64,000 nt of DNA from Octopus vulgaris (Eukaryota): assembly GCA_951406725.2 (NCBI GenBank), contig OX597814.1, forward strand, positions 98,580,001-98,644,000, written 5' to 3'. The notes under the pieces were generated by a model. The model was given only the letters and a program-made list of their open reading frames with translations. It ran no database searches and was not told where the DNA came from. This document shows, piece by piece, positions 40,897 to 53,168 of the stretch. The translations under genes and the position numbers were made by a program. The first letter of the stretch is position 1, and each line of letters opens with the position of its first letter.

Positions 40897-41962
40897 GAGG
40901 CCGAGGAAGGGCGAATGGCACTGTGAGTGTCGCGTTGCTCTCAAGCAACTATGCCGACCCGGTTCGACCTTGAGTGACTTCAACACAACCAAAGCATTCT
41001 ATAGGGAATTAGTGGAGGGGAGGTACGACGACAATCTTGGGGCGAACCTGGGCGTCGACGAGGAATACCTGACCCGCCTGTTTGAGAAGACCTTCGAGCC
41101 AGGACCCATGGACGACTTCCAGAGATCCCTGGCCTGGCAGTGCTACCGAGAAGCGCTACCCGTTCGGGATAAGCTCTATAGGCATGGCTCGAGAAACACG
41201 GGGCCGACCTGCCCGAGATGCGGTCAGAGCGACGAAATCGTTCTACACGCAATCGTGCAGTGTCCAACAATCTCCGACCTGTGGGCTTATGTCGAACGAC
41301 TACTGTCACGTGTGGGACGTGTCGGTTTATCAGCCGAGTCTATCGTTAATATCGACACGCCTCCTTCCTTCAAACGGGAAGGAAGAGCTATTTTTATCAT
41401 ACTTGTGGCTATGGCGAAAGAATGTATCTGGTGGACGCGTCTGAAAGGATTGAAGATAAACACTTTCCTCTCTGGTCAATCTCTCATCAACTTCTTCAAG
41501 TATCACTTGAAAAGGAAAGTGAGAGTAGAGAGGCAAGTTTTGTCTAGTGAATGTTTTAAAAAAAGAAGGGTGAATGTAGCAAGGATGGCATGTATGAATG
41601 ACGAAGCCACCTTGACTATGATCCTATGAACCGTAAAACTTAATACAGAGAGTTGCTTATTTGTAAAAAAAATATAACAAGTGACTTCATTGACCGAGGT
41701 TACCGTGGTCTTTTCCGTAGGCTTTTCTTTCCACAGGTAAACCTAACCTGTCTTCCCCTTTACACTTTACATTGACATTTCTGTGATAACGATCCCTATT
41801 GATCGATTTCTTCTTTTTCTTTTTTTTTTTTGCTTTTCTCTTTCTTTCCATTTACGATCCCTTTTGATCGAAAACCAACCCACCTTTTTTATCTCCAAAA
41901 AGAAAAGCTCTAACTTGTAATTTGTCCCGTCTGTGTGCAGCCCTGTGTGGCTAATAAAGAAA
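40897..41962 (+). mobile_element. Tx1/L1-clade LINE 3' fragment (zinc finger, T-rich 3' UTR) within (TATC)n
   Basis: LAWQCYREALPVRDKL..CPRC..E...HAIVQC....LW; stop 41629; ends ctaataaagaaa; TATC repeats on both sides. Confidence 0.85.
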
Positions 41963-42133
41963 CGTATCTATCTATCTATCTGTCTGTCTGTCTCTCTGTT
42001 TGTCTATCTATCTGTCCGTCTGTCTGCCTGCCTGCCTGCTTGCCTGCCTGTCTATCTGTCTGTCTCTGTCTGTCTGTCTTTGTCTGTCTGTCTCTGTCTG
42101 TCTGTCTGTGTGTATGTGTCTCTCTCTCCCCCT

Positions 42134-42195
<62 letters not shown>

Positions 42196-42794
42196 TGTAT
42201 GTATGTATGTATGTATGTATGTATATAGGTTGCGGACGGTATTTGAGGACAACTTATCTTTAGTCATTTTATTTGACAAATTTTTATTGAACTTCTATTT
42301 CAGAAAATAATGACAGGCCCAATACTTACTAATGAAATGAAAAAGTATACTATGATTGTGGCTTTGAATGTTTACATGATGATTTAGACATTTCTCGTTT
42401 TCTGAAAGTTGCTAGATCTTTTGTCCACAAGATTCTGTGTGAGTTAGAGAATGATGCTAGCATATTACTTGTATCAGAGCGTTAAAAAAAAACATTCTAA
42501 ACGCACTGATAATTTTATATCCTCGTTGACACTATATCATACCATCTGCGACTACCGCTTCTTAGTTGTTGACCTATCCTCAGTTCATCGACCTCACTTG
42601 GTTTATCTGATCGGTGTATCAGATTAGCCGTAACTGTCAAAAACCCGTCTATTTAACAGTTTGTATTGAAATGCATGTTATTAGTAATACTCAGAATGAC
42701 CTTACAAATATGCATATGTATACATATACATTCATACATACAGGCATGTATGTACGTATATACATACACACGCGCTTACGTAGGCTCGCACGCA

Positions 42795-42827
<33 letters not shown>

Positions 42828-42959
42828 GCGTGCACACACATATACACGCACACTTATACAGATTGAGTCAATTCAAATGAACAGAACATAAAATCAAGAG
42901 GCAATAAGGGGCCGTGCACAAGGAGTGTATTTCTTTGTCGCTTAGTAAAAATGAGTTTT

Positions 42960-42990
42960 TGACGTTTCGAGCATTGTTCTTCGTCGGAAC
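42960..42990 (-). ncRNA. Minimal Penelope-type hammerhead motif, degenerate
   Basis: Minus strand ccgacgaa-gaac aat gctc-gaaacgtc; same motif as 47046-47073. Confidence 0.45.
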
Positions 42991-44696
42991 GTAGAAAGGA
43001 AAAATCTAAGGAAGGAAAAGAAATCGCCAACAATACGAGTGTATGCATACATATAATGTCATTGATTTATCATTTACCACTACAACATAAGTTTTGTTGA
43101 TAAAACAATATACACTGCCATGCCATCCACAGAAAAAAACTGCCCAGAGTATACATAAACACATATCAAGACATGTAGTTTGCACTTCTGGTAAGCTCAA
43201 TGTCATATAGTCATAGCTGCACATTTAGTAACAGGTGTGTGTTTTATCGATCTGGGAAGTTTGCAATACCAATAGATCTTTTACCTGTTAAATTGAAAAT
43301 CGTCTGTTATCTAATCAGTGATATATTTTGAATATCTCTCCTCTCCATAAGAGCAATTTTTTGAGCCAGAAATAAATGGAATAATTCGTCTTGGTTTTGC
43401 TTGGTTGCCTGTTTATTTGAAACAGAAGCGAAATTTCGATTGAAGCTATCACCTATAGAAGAGGCACTGGTGTGGTTTTGAATAGATTAAAAAATATATA
43501 TATGTGTGTATATGCCACATATATTCATACACATACATACATGCACACAAACATGCAATATATATCATACATATATACTATATACCTACATGTGTGCGTA
43601 CACATACACGCACACATGCATATATACATTCATACATACAATATGTGTTTGTGTGCGCGTGTTTGTATGTATGTGTACAAATGTATTTGTGTGTGTATAT
43701 GTGTGTGTGTGTCTGTGTGTGTCGATGTGTAATGGCTTGGCTTTTATCACAGGTTTTCAATGGCGATTTGGCGTTAGTGAGCAACAGTATAACTTGACAC
43801 TTGAAACAAAAACAATTTCTATAAAGAATGTTTATAATTGACTAAATTATCGTGTTTCTGTTTTTATTATGTTTTAGTTAAGAAAGAACGTGGTGTCCAT
43901 GATCCTTAACGAGGCCTCTAATATTGACAGGATGGAGGGCTTAATGTATCCCCAAATCGGAGACCTGGTCGGAATATTTGCAACAGAGTGGACGTTACTA
44001 AAGACATCCAAGGTCCTGGACAATGGTGTTAAACCAGTTTTTAGTTTAAAGTTTCCGCCTAAGTATGCTACAGCATGATTTCAACTCAAAATGCAAAGAC
44101 CCGGAACAAATACTGTAATGCACCCGTTCGACGTTCTTACAGTTCCGCCAATCCACCGATCTAATTGGTATTTTTTGTTTTTTATCGACCTCGAAAGGAT
44201 GGAAAGCAAAGTTGACCTCGGCGAGATTTGAAGTCAAAGCTCCACATGTTAATTCAAATACCCTTTCTACGAATAGGCGCAAGAGCTGAAATTTTGAGGG
44301 TGGGGCTAGTCGATTACATCAATCCCTAGCGCTCGACTGGTATTTATTTCGTCATCCCCGATAAAAGATAAAGTCAACCTCGGCGGAATTTGAACTCAGA
44401 ACGTAAAGACTGACGAAGTGCCGCTAAGCAGTTTGTCCAGCTCACCGCCGTCATGGCAACACAAATATCGCAAAGCATTCCACCCGACGTCTTAATGACA
44501 CTGCTTGTTTGCTGCGCATAGAGATGGAAAATGAATCTGACCACGCTGACGAAATTAAATATCGCTAACTGTAATTGAATGAAAATAAATATGCTATATC
44601 TTTTATTCTGGTTCTCTGTCGTTCCTTGAATCGTGTAATTACATATCTGGTAATATTCTGCAATTACATATCTAAAATAATAAATATGCCAATTAA

Positions 44697-44832
44697 CCCT
44701 TTGAGCCCTGACCTCCTGAACCTTATTTTACTATATACCGGGCACTCCACCGGTGCTACGGTATAGAGCGGTGCTGCGGTATAGAGAAAAATAAGCCATC
44801 CACGGGTAAACCGGTGTTACGGGTTCAAAAGA
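44697..44832. mobile_element. piggyBac-like miniature element
   Basis: TTAA-ccctttgagccc ... gggttcaaaaga-TTAA; imperfect 12-bp TIRs. Confidence 0.5.
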
Positions 44833-46150
44833 TTAATATTGGACGAGATGCCATATAATTTAACAAGAATTGATGAGATTTGATCATTAGAATATCCCGT
44901 TTGTTAGAAATGTAATAGATATTAATGGTTAAACATATCGTTTTAATTCTAACACATTTTCTGGCTATATTCTTATTTCCTTGTCTGTCGTTAGTAAAGA
45001 CAAGTGTCATTTGGTATGTGATTTTGTTTTATTTAGTTCCACTGGTAGTGTACACAGCAGGACGTAGCCTATTGTGTGCGCGGCATGCTATTGAAGCCAT
45101 CTTTATTTTAGCTAAAGGTTGTAAAGTCTCAGTTTCCGTGACGTTGTAATTCATGTTTGCTTTAAAGGCAGAGATTTTAAGTTCCTCTAGTTCACACTTC
45201 GGTCTTAAGTAGGTCGACGCCTTGTGAATCAGAAGCTGTGATGACAAAGTTGCTGCGACCAATTGCCATGTGTAGCAAACAGTTTGCTCTGTGGATCTCT
45301 ATATACTTTAATAGCAAAGTTGTAAGCAAAATTTTACCAAACTATAATAGTTCCTATGACAAAAAGAAAAATATTGAATTTCTTGTCCAATGAAATATTG
45401 TAACATTTTATAGAGTAATAATAAAATCTATAATTTATGAGTACTTGATTAACCGTATCGCTTACACTCTTAGACGACATTGGCTTTTCTCTAGAACAAA
45501 TAATAATTAGTGCATACTTTTTCATAATAAGTTAGGTAAGTGACAAAATGCATCAAACCGAAGGTGTAAATGATGGAGGAAGTTCCGGAGAGTTACTGAT
45601 AAAGAGGATTGAAATACTAAAGATTTTTTACAGCGTAGTCATGTATAGCAGTCCATGGAAAAACAGTAAGCCTTTCGTTAGATGATCTGTTACTATAAAG
45701 CTGTGCAACTTACCTATTTTCAAGGTGCATATTCTGAATGATTAATCACGAAATAAATATCCGAGTATGAAGACCCTTTCCAACTCTCATGATACATACA
45801 TACATACATTCAATATATATATATATATATGTGTGTGTATGTGTGTGTACACACACATATACGCACACACATATATACCCACACACATGCACACACACAC
45901 ACATACGCACATACATGCACGCATGCACACGCGCACACCTACACGCATACACACACACACACGCACGTACACATACATACATACACACACGCATACATAC
46001 ACCCATACACATACATGCATCCTACACACACATACATACACACTCACACATACATACACACACACGCACTCACTCACACACCTGTATGTTCGCGCACACA
46101 CATGCACATACACACACTTCCCCACACCCACACGTACATACATACACACT

Positions 46151-46181
<31 letters not shown>

Positions 46182-47045
46182 GGACATACATCTATGCACA
46201 CACATATATACACACATACTCACATACATTCATCGGACACACTGCCACCCAGACATACACACAGACACACTCACACATCCACACACACACATACGTACGC
46301 GCATACTCGCAGGCGCGCGCACACACGCGCTTGCGCTGGTTCGCGCACGCATGCGCGCCGCATGCACCGCGCCCTTGGACCCGACGAGACCTCCCGCCCG
46401 TTCCTGGGATGTCGCTTGTCGTTGGGTTTTCCCACGCCCGTCTCCGCGGGACCACTCTTCCATCTTCCCCTCCGCTGGAGTCCTTTTCCTAAACCCCCCT
46501 TTTTTCGTTACACACACGCGCACACATATACACACATTGCTTAAACATATACATTACTCTTACACACATTCAATCTACTCGCCACTAATACTACCACGAC
46601 ACTGGACACACACACACACTACTACTCAACACACGCTGGCACGCTACATACGCCCCCACCCCTTCCCCTCCCTCCCTTCCTCCTTCCTCCCTTTTCTTAC
46701 TACTGACCTTTGTCTGCTATGCTGCTGCTATGCTGACCACCGTCTCGCCCTACCTCACACGCCTACACACAGACGCACACACTAACACATACATATATTT
46801 TTTGTTTTTTTACCTCGCCTCACACACACACATACACACACGCACACGCACACACTCACACATACACACACACCTGTCGCGTTACCAACCTTGTCTCCAC
46901 TCTTTTGCCTTTAAAAACCCACTTTGCTCTTGTTATCGTAAACATCCGCCTTTCACCATGTGCTACTCCTAACACCAGTCGTTTTTTCTCTATCTCCGTT
47001 GCCCGCTCCGGGATCTTTCTTTCCTCTCTCTTCCTTCTTTATGTT

Positions 47046-47073
47046 TCCGACGAAGAGCTCCGCTCGAAACGTC
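47046..47073 (+). ncRNA. Minimal Penelope-type hammerhead motif (CCGACGA core variant) at the end of a C-rich repeat at about 46300-47160
   Basis: ccgacgaa-gagc tcc gctc-gaaacgtc. Confidence 0.5.
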
Positions 47074-47163
47074 ATACCTCCCTGCTTCCATTTCCTGAGC
47101 GCCTATTAATAATAATACTGTAATTGTTCCATTGTTGTTGTTTTTTTGTTTCCCGTTTGGATT

Positions 47164-47199
<36 letters not shown>

Positions 47200-47826
47200 C
47201 TGTCATGCATTTGGGTGTCAGAAGTGAAAGTAGAGAAATCTGACGTCAGACGTCAACTTCGTGTATTTACGTCGTCTTTCGTTTATTTACGCCGTTTATT
47301 TACGTACCACTGAAATGCAAGTAAAAGCTTGTATGTATGTATGTATGTATGTATATATATATACATACATACACACATATATATAATATACATGTATATA
47401 TACATATATATATATATATATTTAATACATACATATATATAATATATACATGTATTTTTACCGCCTTTAGTCGCACAAATCGACCCCAGAACTTATTCTA
47501 TCGGTCTTTTTCTTAACCACTATACATTATATACATACATACAGATAGATAGATAGATACACACACACACATATAATAGATATAAAATGTGTACGTGTGT
47601 ACATTTTTCAGAAAAAAATTCATACATTTTAAATATCAATAGCATTTCTCTTATTTTTTACATGAAGTTTTCGAAAAATGAATTTAGAATGTAAAAATCA
47701 AATATATCAAATTAATAAACGCAAATTATTTTCAAATATCATTTTCAACGGTGAGATTATCAAAATATAAACTTGAAGTTAAGTTTAAAAATAAATGCGA
47801 TACTCATTCTGTCTTGATACTTATGC

Positions 47827-48357
47827 TCAAATACATGGATATAGCTGTCGAATTTGTTCTATCAACTTCCCGAATATATCATCCTTAAATTCATAGCACC
47901 ACATGAATTCGATGAGATGGGTCTGAAGTAAATTTCTGGCTGTTCCACATTCTCTCCTATTTCGAGTCTTTACGTGTTTCCATAAACATTCTATGTGGTT
48001 GGTTGTGGCAAATGTTACCGGATCAACAAAATTTATAGAATGATTCACGGTCAAATGTCTGTATCCTAGCTGACTGAGTGTATTATACGAACGCCAAAGG
48101 TCGGATATTATTGTTGTACCAGGCAATATACGCTCGCGTATAATCTGTAATAGAGTGTCCGCTGTTCGATTTTCAACTGCCACTAAAATACATCTTCTGC
48201 TATCTCTTTCTAATGCACCAAACACCCATTGCGTTTTAACCCGATGGCCAACATGATATTTTCTCTTAACAAACGCAGTTTCATCTATTTCAACGATTCT
48301 ATTGGGTCCTCCCAGTTTAATATTCTGTGCAACATAATATTCTGCACATACATCGCA
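47827..48357 (-). pseudogene. Merlin DDE transposase catalytic domain, N-terminally truncated (left arm)
   Basis: DVCAEYYVAQNIKLGGPNRIVEIDETAF..KRKYH..QWVFG..TIISDLWRSY..VNHS..FVDP..TNHIECLW. Confidence 0.88.
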
Positions 48358-48436
48358 GAATGTATGTGCAGAATATTATGTTGCACAGAATATTAAACTA
48401 TGTGCAGAATATTATGTTGCACAGAATATATATATA

Positions 48437-48918
48437 GACCCAATAGAATCGTTGAAATAGATGAAACTGCGTTTGTTAAGAGAAAATATCATGTTGGCCA
48501 TCGGGTTAAAACGCAATGGGTGTTTGGTGCATTAGAAAGAGATAGCAGAAGATGTATTTTAGTGGCAGTTGAAAATCGAACAGCGGACACTCTATTACAG
48601 ATTATACGCGAGCGTATATTGCCTGGTACAACAATAATATCCGACCTTTGGCGTTCGTATAATACACTCAGTCAGCTAGGATACAGACATTTGACCGTGA
48701 ATCATTCTATAAATTTTGTTGATCCGGTAACATTTGCCACAACCAACCACATAGAATGTTTATGGAAACACGTAAAGACTCGAAATAGGAGAGAATGTGG
48801 AACAGCCAGAAATTTACTTCAGACCCATCTCATCGAATTCATGTGGTGCTATGAATTTAAGGATGATATATTCGGGAAGTTGATAGAACAAATTCGACAG
48901 CTATATCCATGTATTTGA
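48437..48918 (+). pseudogene. Merlin DDE transposase catalytic domain, N-terminally truncated (right arm)
   Basis: Same translation as the left arm from PNRIVEIDE to QLYPCI*. Confidence 0.88.
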
Positions 48919-49565
48919 GCATAAGTATCAAGACAGAATGAGTATCGCATTTATTTTTAAACTTAACTTCAAGTTTATATTTTGATAATCTCACCGTTGA
49001 AAATGATATTTGAAAATAATTTGCGTTTATTAATTTGATATATTTGATTTTTACATTCTAAATTCATTTTTCGAAAACTTCATGTAAAAAATAAGAGAAA
49101 TGCTATTGATATTTAAAATGTATGAATTTTTTTCTGAAAAATGTACACACGTACACATTTTATATCTATTATATGTGTGTGTGTGTATCTATCTATCTAT
49201 CTGTATGTATGTATATAATGTATAGTGGTTAAGAAAAAAGACCGATAGAATAAGTTCTGGGGTCGATTTGTGCGACTAAAGGCGGTAAAAATACATGTAT
49301 ATATTATATATATGTATGTATTAAATATATATATATATGTATATATACATGTATATTATATATATGTGTGTATGTATGTATATATATATATATATACATA
49401 CATACAAGCTTTTACTTGCATTTCAGTGGTACGTAAATAAACGGCGTAAATAAACGAAAGACGACGTAAATACACGAAGTTGACGTCTGACGTCAGATTT
49501 CTCTACTTTCACTTCTGACACCCAAATGCATGACAGTGCCATATATATATATATATATATAAATG

Positions 49566-49604
<39 letters not shown>

Positions 49605-50394
49605 GTATAAATGTATATACATATATATGTATATATATAGGAAGGGAGTGGGAGAAAGAAAGAGAGATACATAATTAAATAGATATGGGAATATAGGCAC
49701 ATACGCAGACGTTCATATATTTGTATATGTAAATTCTATATACTCTGGGAACGCATTAATGCCCTTTTAAGGGATACTTTATTTGAATCCTTACTATTGG
49801 GTAACTAATTTCATGTTATTATACAATTGACTTCACAATTTGGGTATTTATAACTTATTGGGAATTCCTAAAAACAAGATCCTGTGTAAGACAGTTCGGT
49901 ATTCTCTGTAAATACACACAAACCGTTTTAAGGACTACATACTTTGTATTGTTGTTATTGGATTAGCGAAACAATTATGAGAACAGAACCAAAGGATAAG
50001 CTCCGCTTCCCGGGAATTACCGCGTACATCAGCTAAAGAAAAACCACTATTATGTAACTCAAACAATGATAGACATAAACCAAATCACAAACAAAAATTA
50101 AAATATATTATATAACTAGATCACAAAAAGTACCAAAAAATGAATCAGCAATATATAAGTATTCTTATATAAGTATACTTATTTTATATTGTTTATTCAT
50201 TTTATGTACTTTTTGTGATCTGGTTATGTTTTATAATATATTTTATTTTTTTCTTTATGATTTGGCTTATGTCTATCATTGTTTGAGTTATATGATATTG
50301 TTTTCCTCTAATTTATATATATTATATATTTATATTGTGAAATTTGATTTAATACTAAATTGAATTTTTCCCTGTAAGTTTGGAGTTATACTCC

Positions 50395-50515
<121 letters not shown>

Positions 50516-50533
50516 CAATTATTCGGCAGCCAT

Positions 50534-50594
50534 GATAAAACTCCGAGTTTCGGATGTTGGGGCGGAAACCCACGCCGGTATCTCTTCAGTTATC
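50534..50594 (-). ncRNA. Type I minimal hammerhead motif
   Basis: gataa-CUGAAGA-gat...atcc-GAAA-ctc g gag-UU-ttatc; stem I gataa/ttatc; near-palindromic stem III. Confidence 0.55.
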
Positions 50595-50792
50595 GGGCCA
50601 TCGAAATAAATGCTATGGAAATGACAGTTAAAATTACTGTGTGATTGACCGTTATAAAGACAAAAGAGATATTGGAATGACCGCTAAGTAATGGGAGAGA
50701 GTAAAGGTAAGGGAGTAAAAATGTTCATAGTAATCGCGTAAGCGCTCATGTCCATACATACACACGCGCGCCCGCACACCCACATACATGTG

Positions 50793-50839
<47 letters not shown>

Positions 50840-51182
50840 TCATCCACCCTCACATGAAACACACATACTCACCCACACATTCGCCAAAAAATATATACAT
50901 ACCCGTATAATACACGCTCGCACACACTCACGCGCACAAAAAGGTTCATACACACGTCTATATACGCACAGGAAAAATGCAGGGTGGAAGTGTATATTTA
51001 TACATATATATATATATATACTTCTGTATACGTGTATATGGATATATGCTTGTATATATAATACGTATATGATATATACATGTATATAAATACATGTATA
51101 TGTATACAACGGAATGCATACATATTATGCACTCATACACACACACGTATATATATATAAATGTGTGTGTATCAAAGCGTAA

Positions 51183-51255
<73 letters not shown>

Positions 51256-51717
51256 CACACACATCGCTTGTCTACACTGGTTAAACAAAACATTTTCTTG
51301 GGACGTTTTATCTTTAAAACCTAGACTATTCGAAACAAGAACAATCAGTATCTTTAAGAATATTTTTTCTCAACTGCCTTCGGAAGAAATATCGAATGAG
51401 ATTAAAAATGGTAAACCAACACTTGAACAAAAACAGCAACAGTGTAACGATAGTCAGAACAATTGAAATTATGATGGACCCGAGAATGAGTAGTTGTGTG
51501 TCTGTATCATTAATAATTGAGTCTTTTGTTTCCCATGTTTGTAAGTTTCTACGTGAAATGACAAGGTGGGGGTAGGTATCGGATATTCTGATTAGAATTA
51601 TGTGCCTAAAGCTCTGCGTAAACATAATGCTTAGCATTGATAAGGCCTTTTTCTTGATGATTTGTTTTATTAATGGGTACAAACCCGCTTCGAATATTTA
51701 CTGACGGCACGTGTTGG

Positions 51718-51748
<31 letters not shown>

Positions 51749-51855
51749 TGTATGTATGTATGTATGTATGTATGTATGTATGTATGTATGTATGTATGTA
51801 TGTATGTATGTATGTGTGTATGTATGTATATACATACATATTATATATATATTAT

Positions 51856-51896
<41 letters not shown>

Positions 51897-51992
51897 AATG
51901 TAGTGTGTGTGTGTGTGAATGTGTGTGTGTGCATGTATACACGAACTGCCTTACATATGTATTTGTGCATGTGTATATATATGTGTGTGTGT

Positions 51993-52025
<33 letters not shown>

Positions 52026-52034
52026 GATATATAT

Positions 52035-52212
52035 ATATATATAGGATATATAGGCACAGGAGTCGCTGTGTTATAAGTAGCTTGCTTACCAACCACATTC
52101 CGGGTTCAGACCTACTGCGTGGTACCTTGAGCAACTGTCTTCTACTATACCCTCGGCCTTACTAAAGCCTTATGTGTGGATTTGGTAGACGGAAACTGAA
52201 AGAAGCCCATCG

Positions 52213-52258
<46 letters not shown>

Positions 52259-52460
52259 TGACTCTGTTCCCCCACTATTGCTTGACAACCGATGCTGGTG
52301 CGTTTACGTCCTCATGAAAAGAGACTGATAGAATAAGTCTTGATAGAATAAGACTGATAGAATAAGACTTACAATAAGTCCTGGGATCGATTTGTTCGAC
52401 TAAAGGTGGTGCTCCAGCATGGCGCAGTCAAATGACTGAAACAAATAAAAGAATAAAAGA
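52035..52460 (+). mobile_element. SINE family B
   Basis: ggagtcgctgtgttataagtagcttgcttaccaaccac head, (TG)n middle, tail ending aaaagaataaaaga. Confidence 0.8.
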
Positions 52461-52639
52461 ATATATAGCTATATATTTATATGTACATATATACGTATGT
52501 ACATATAAACATATATATATATATATTCTGCTGAGGTCGACTTTGCCTTTCATCCTTTAGGGGTCGATAAATTATGTACCATCGGCATGTGAAAACGTTG
52601 CTAGAAATGACAGTCAAGACATTAAAATATTCATTATGT

Positions 52640-53125
52640 TGCGGATTGTAGTAGTGCTACGCTCGTACTGCTTCACCATGTCGACTACACGCACACCTTG
52701 ATCATGTTTTTCGGCAATTTCTTTCTTTAATTCAATACATATCATCCGCTTCTTCTTCTCACTACTGTCCTTCACAATCACTTTCTTCGGCCCCATAGTT
52801 GGAACCACAATTGCAAGCACAACGTTGATGCTTCTGTACCCTGCAAATACTAAGCATTTTACCACCCATCTAGCTAACGATCCAGTAACGATCTTCGTAC
52901 ATGCTAACGCGCTTGCCTATCTAGCTTTCGAGTGAGACACGGGATGCTGGGCGGATGTTACGGCGTTCACTGTGGCGTTTGCTACGCTGACTAGCGGTGG
53001 GGGTATCTGAAGGTGGCTCGTAACTCGAATTTTAGCTCTCAACTCAAAGCAAAAAATCGGCCGACAGGCGGCTCGTATCGCGAAAAACTAGTTAGTTAGG
53101 ACACTTGTAGGTCAAGGTACCACTG
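52640..53125 (-). mobile_element. pogo/Tigger-like 5' fragment
   Basis: Terminus cagtggtaccttg; MGPKKV..KKKRMICIELKKEIAEKHDQGVRVVDMVKQYERSTTTI (CENP-B-type HTH). Confidence 0.75.

Positions 53126-53165
<40 letters not shown>

Positions 53166-53168
<3 letters not shown>

Larger units (their letters stand above)
47196..49540. mobile_element. Merlin (IS1016/IS1595-like) foldback derivative: two inverted 3' halves
   Basis: Arms 47196-48308 and 48437-49540 are reverse complements; termini GGcactgtcatgc/gcatgacagtgCC; flanked by atatatat on both sides. Confidence 0.92.

Noticed and set aside
45029-45296. Ig-like exon (SIACRAHN)
   Set aside because: Only a partial motif resemblance, phase 0 start, and it ends in a stop without a good donor
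45767-46785. Long His/Thr-rich ORFs of 241-318 aa
   Set aside because: Cryptic CA-rich simple sequence lacking stops in all three frames
48400-48918. Intact 172-aa transposase gene
   Set aside because: The ATG and first residues come from junction filler, and the N-terminal DNA-binding region is absent
47827-48918. Bacterial IS1595/ISXO2 contamination or horizontal transfer
   Set aside because: Eukaryotic Merlin elements share this domain, and the arms contain host-type microsatellites and SINE-like sequence
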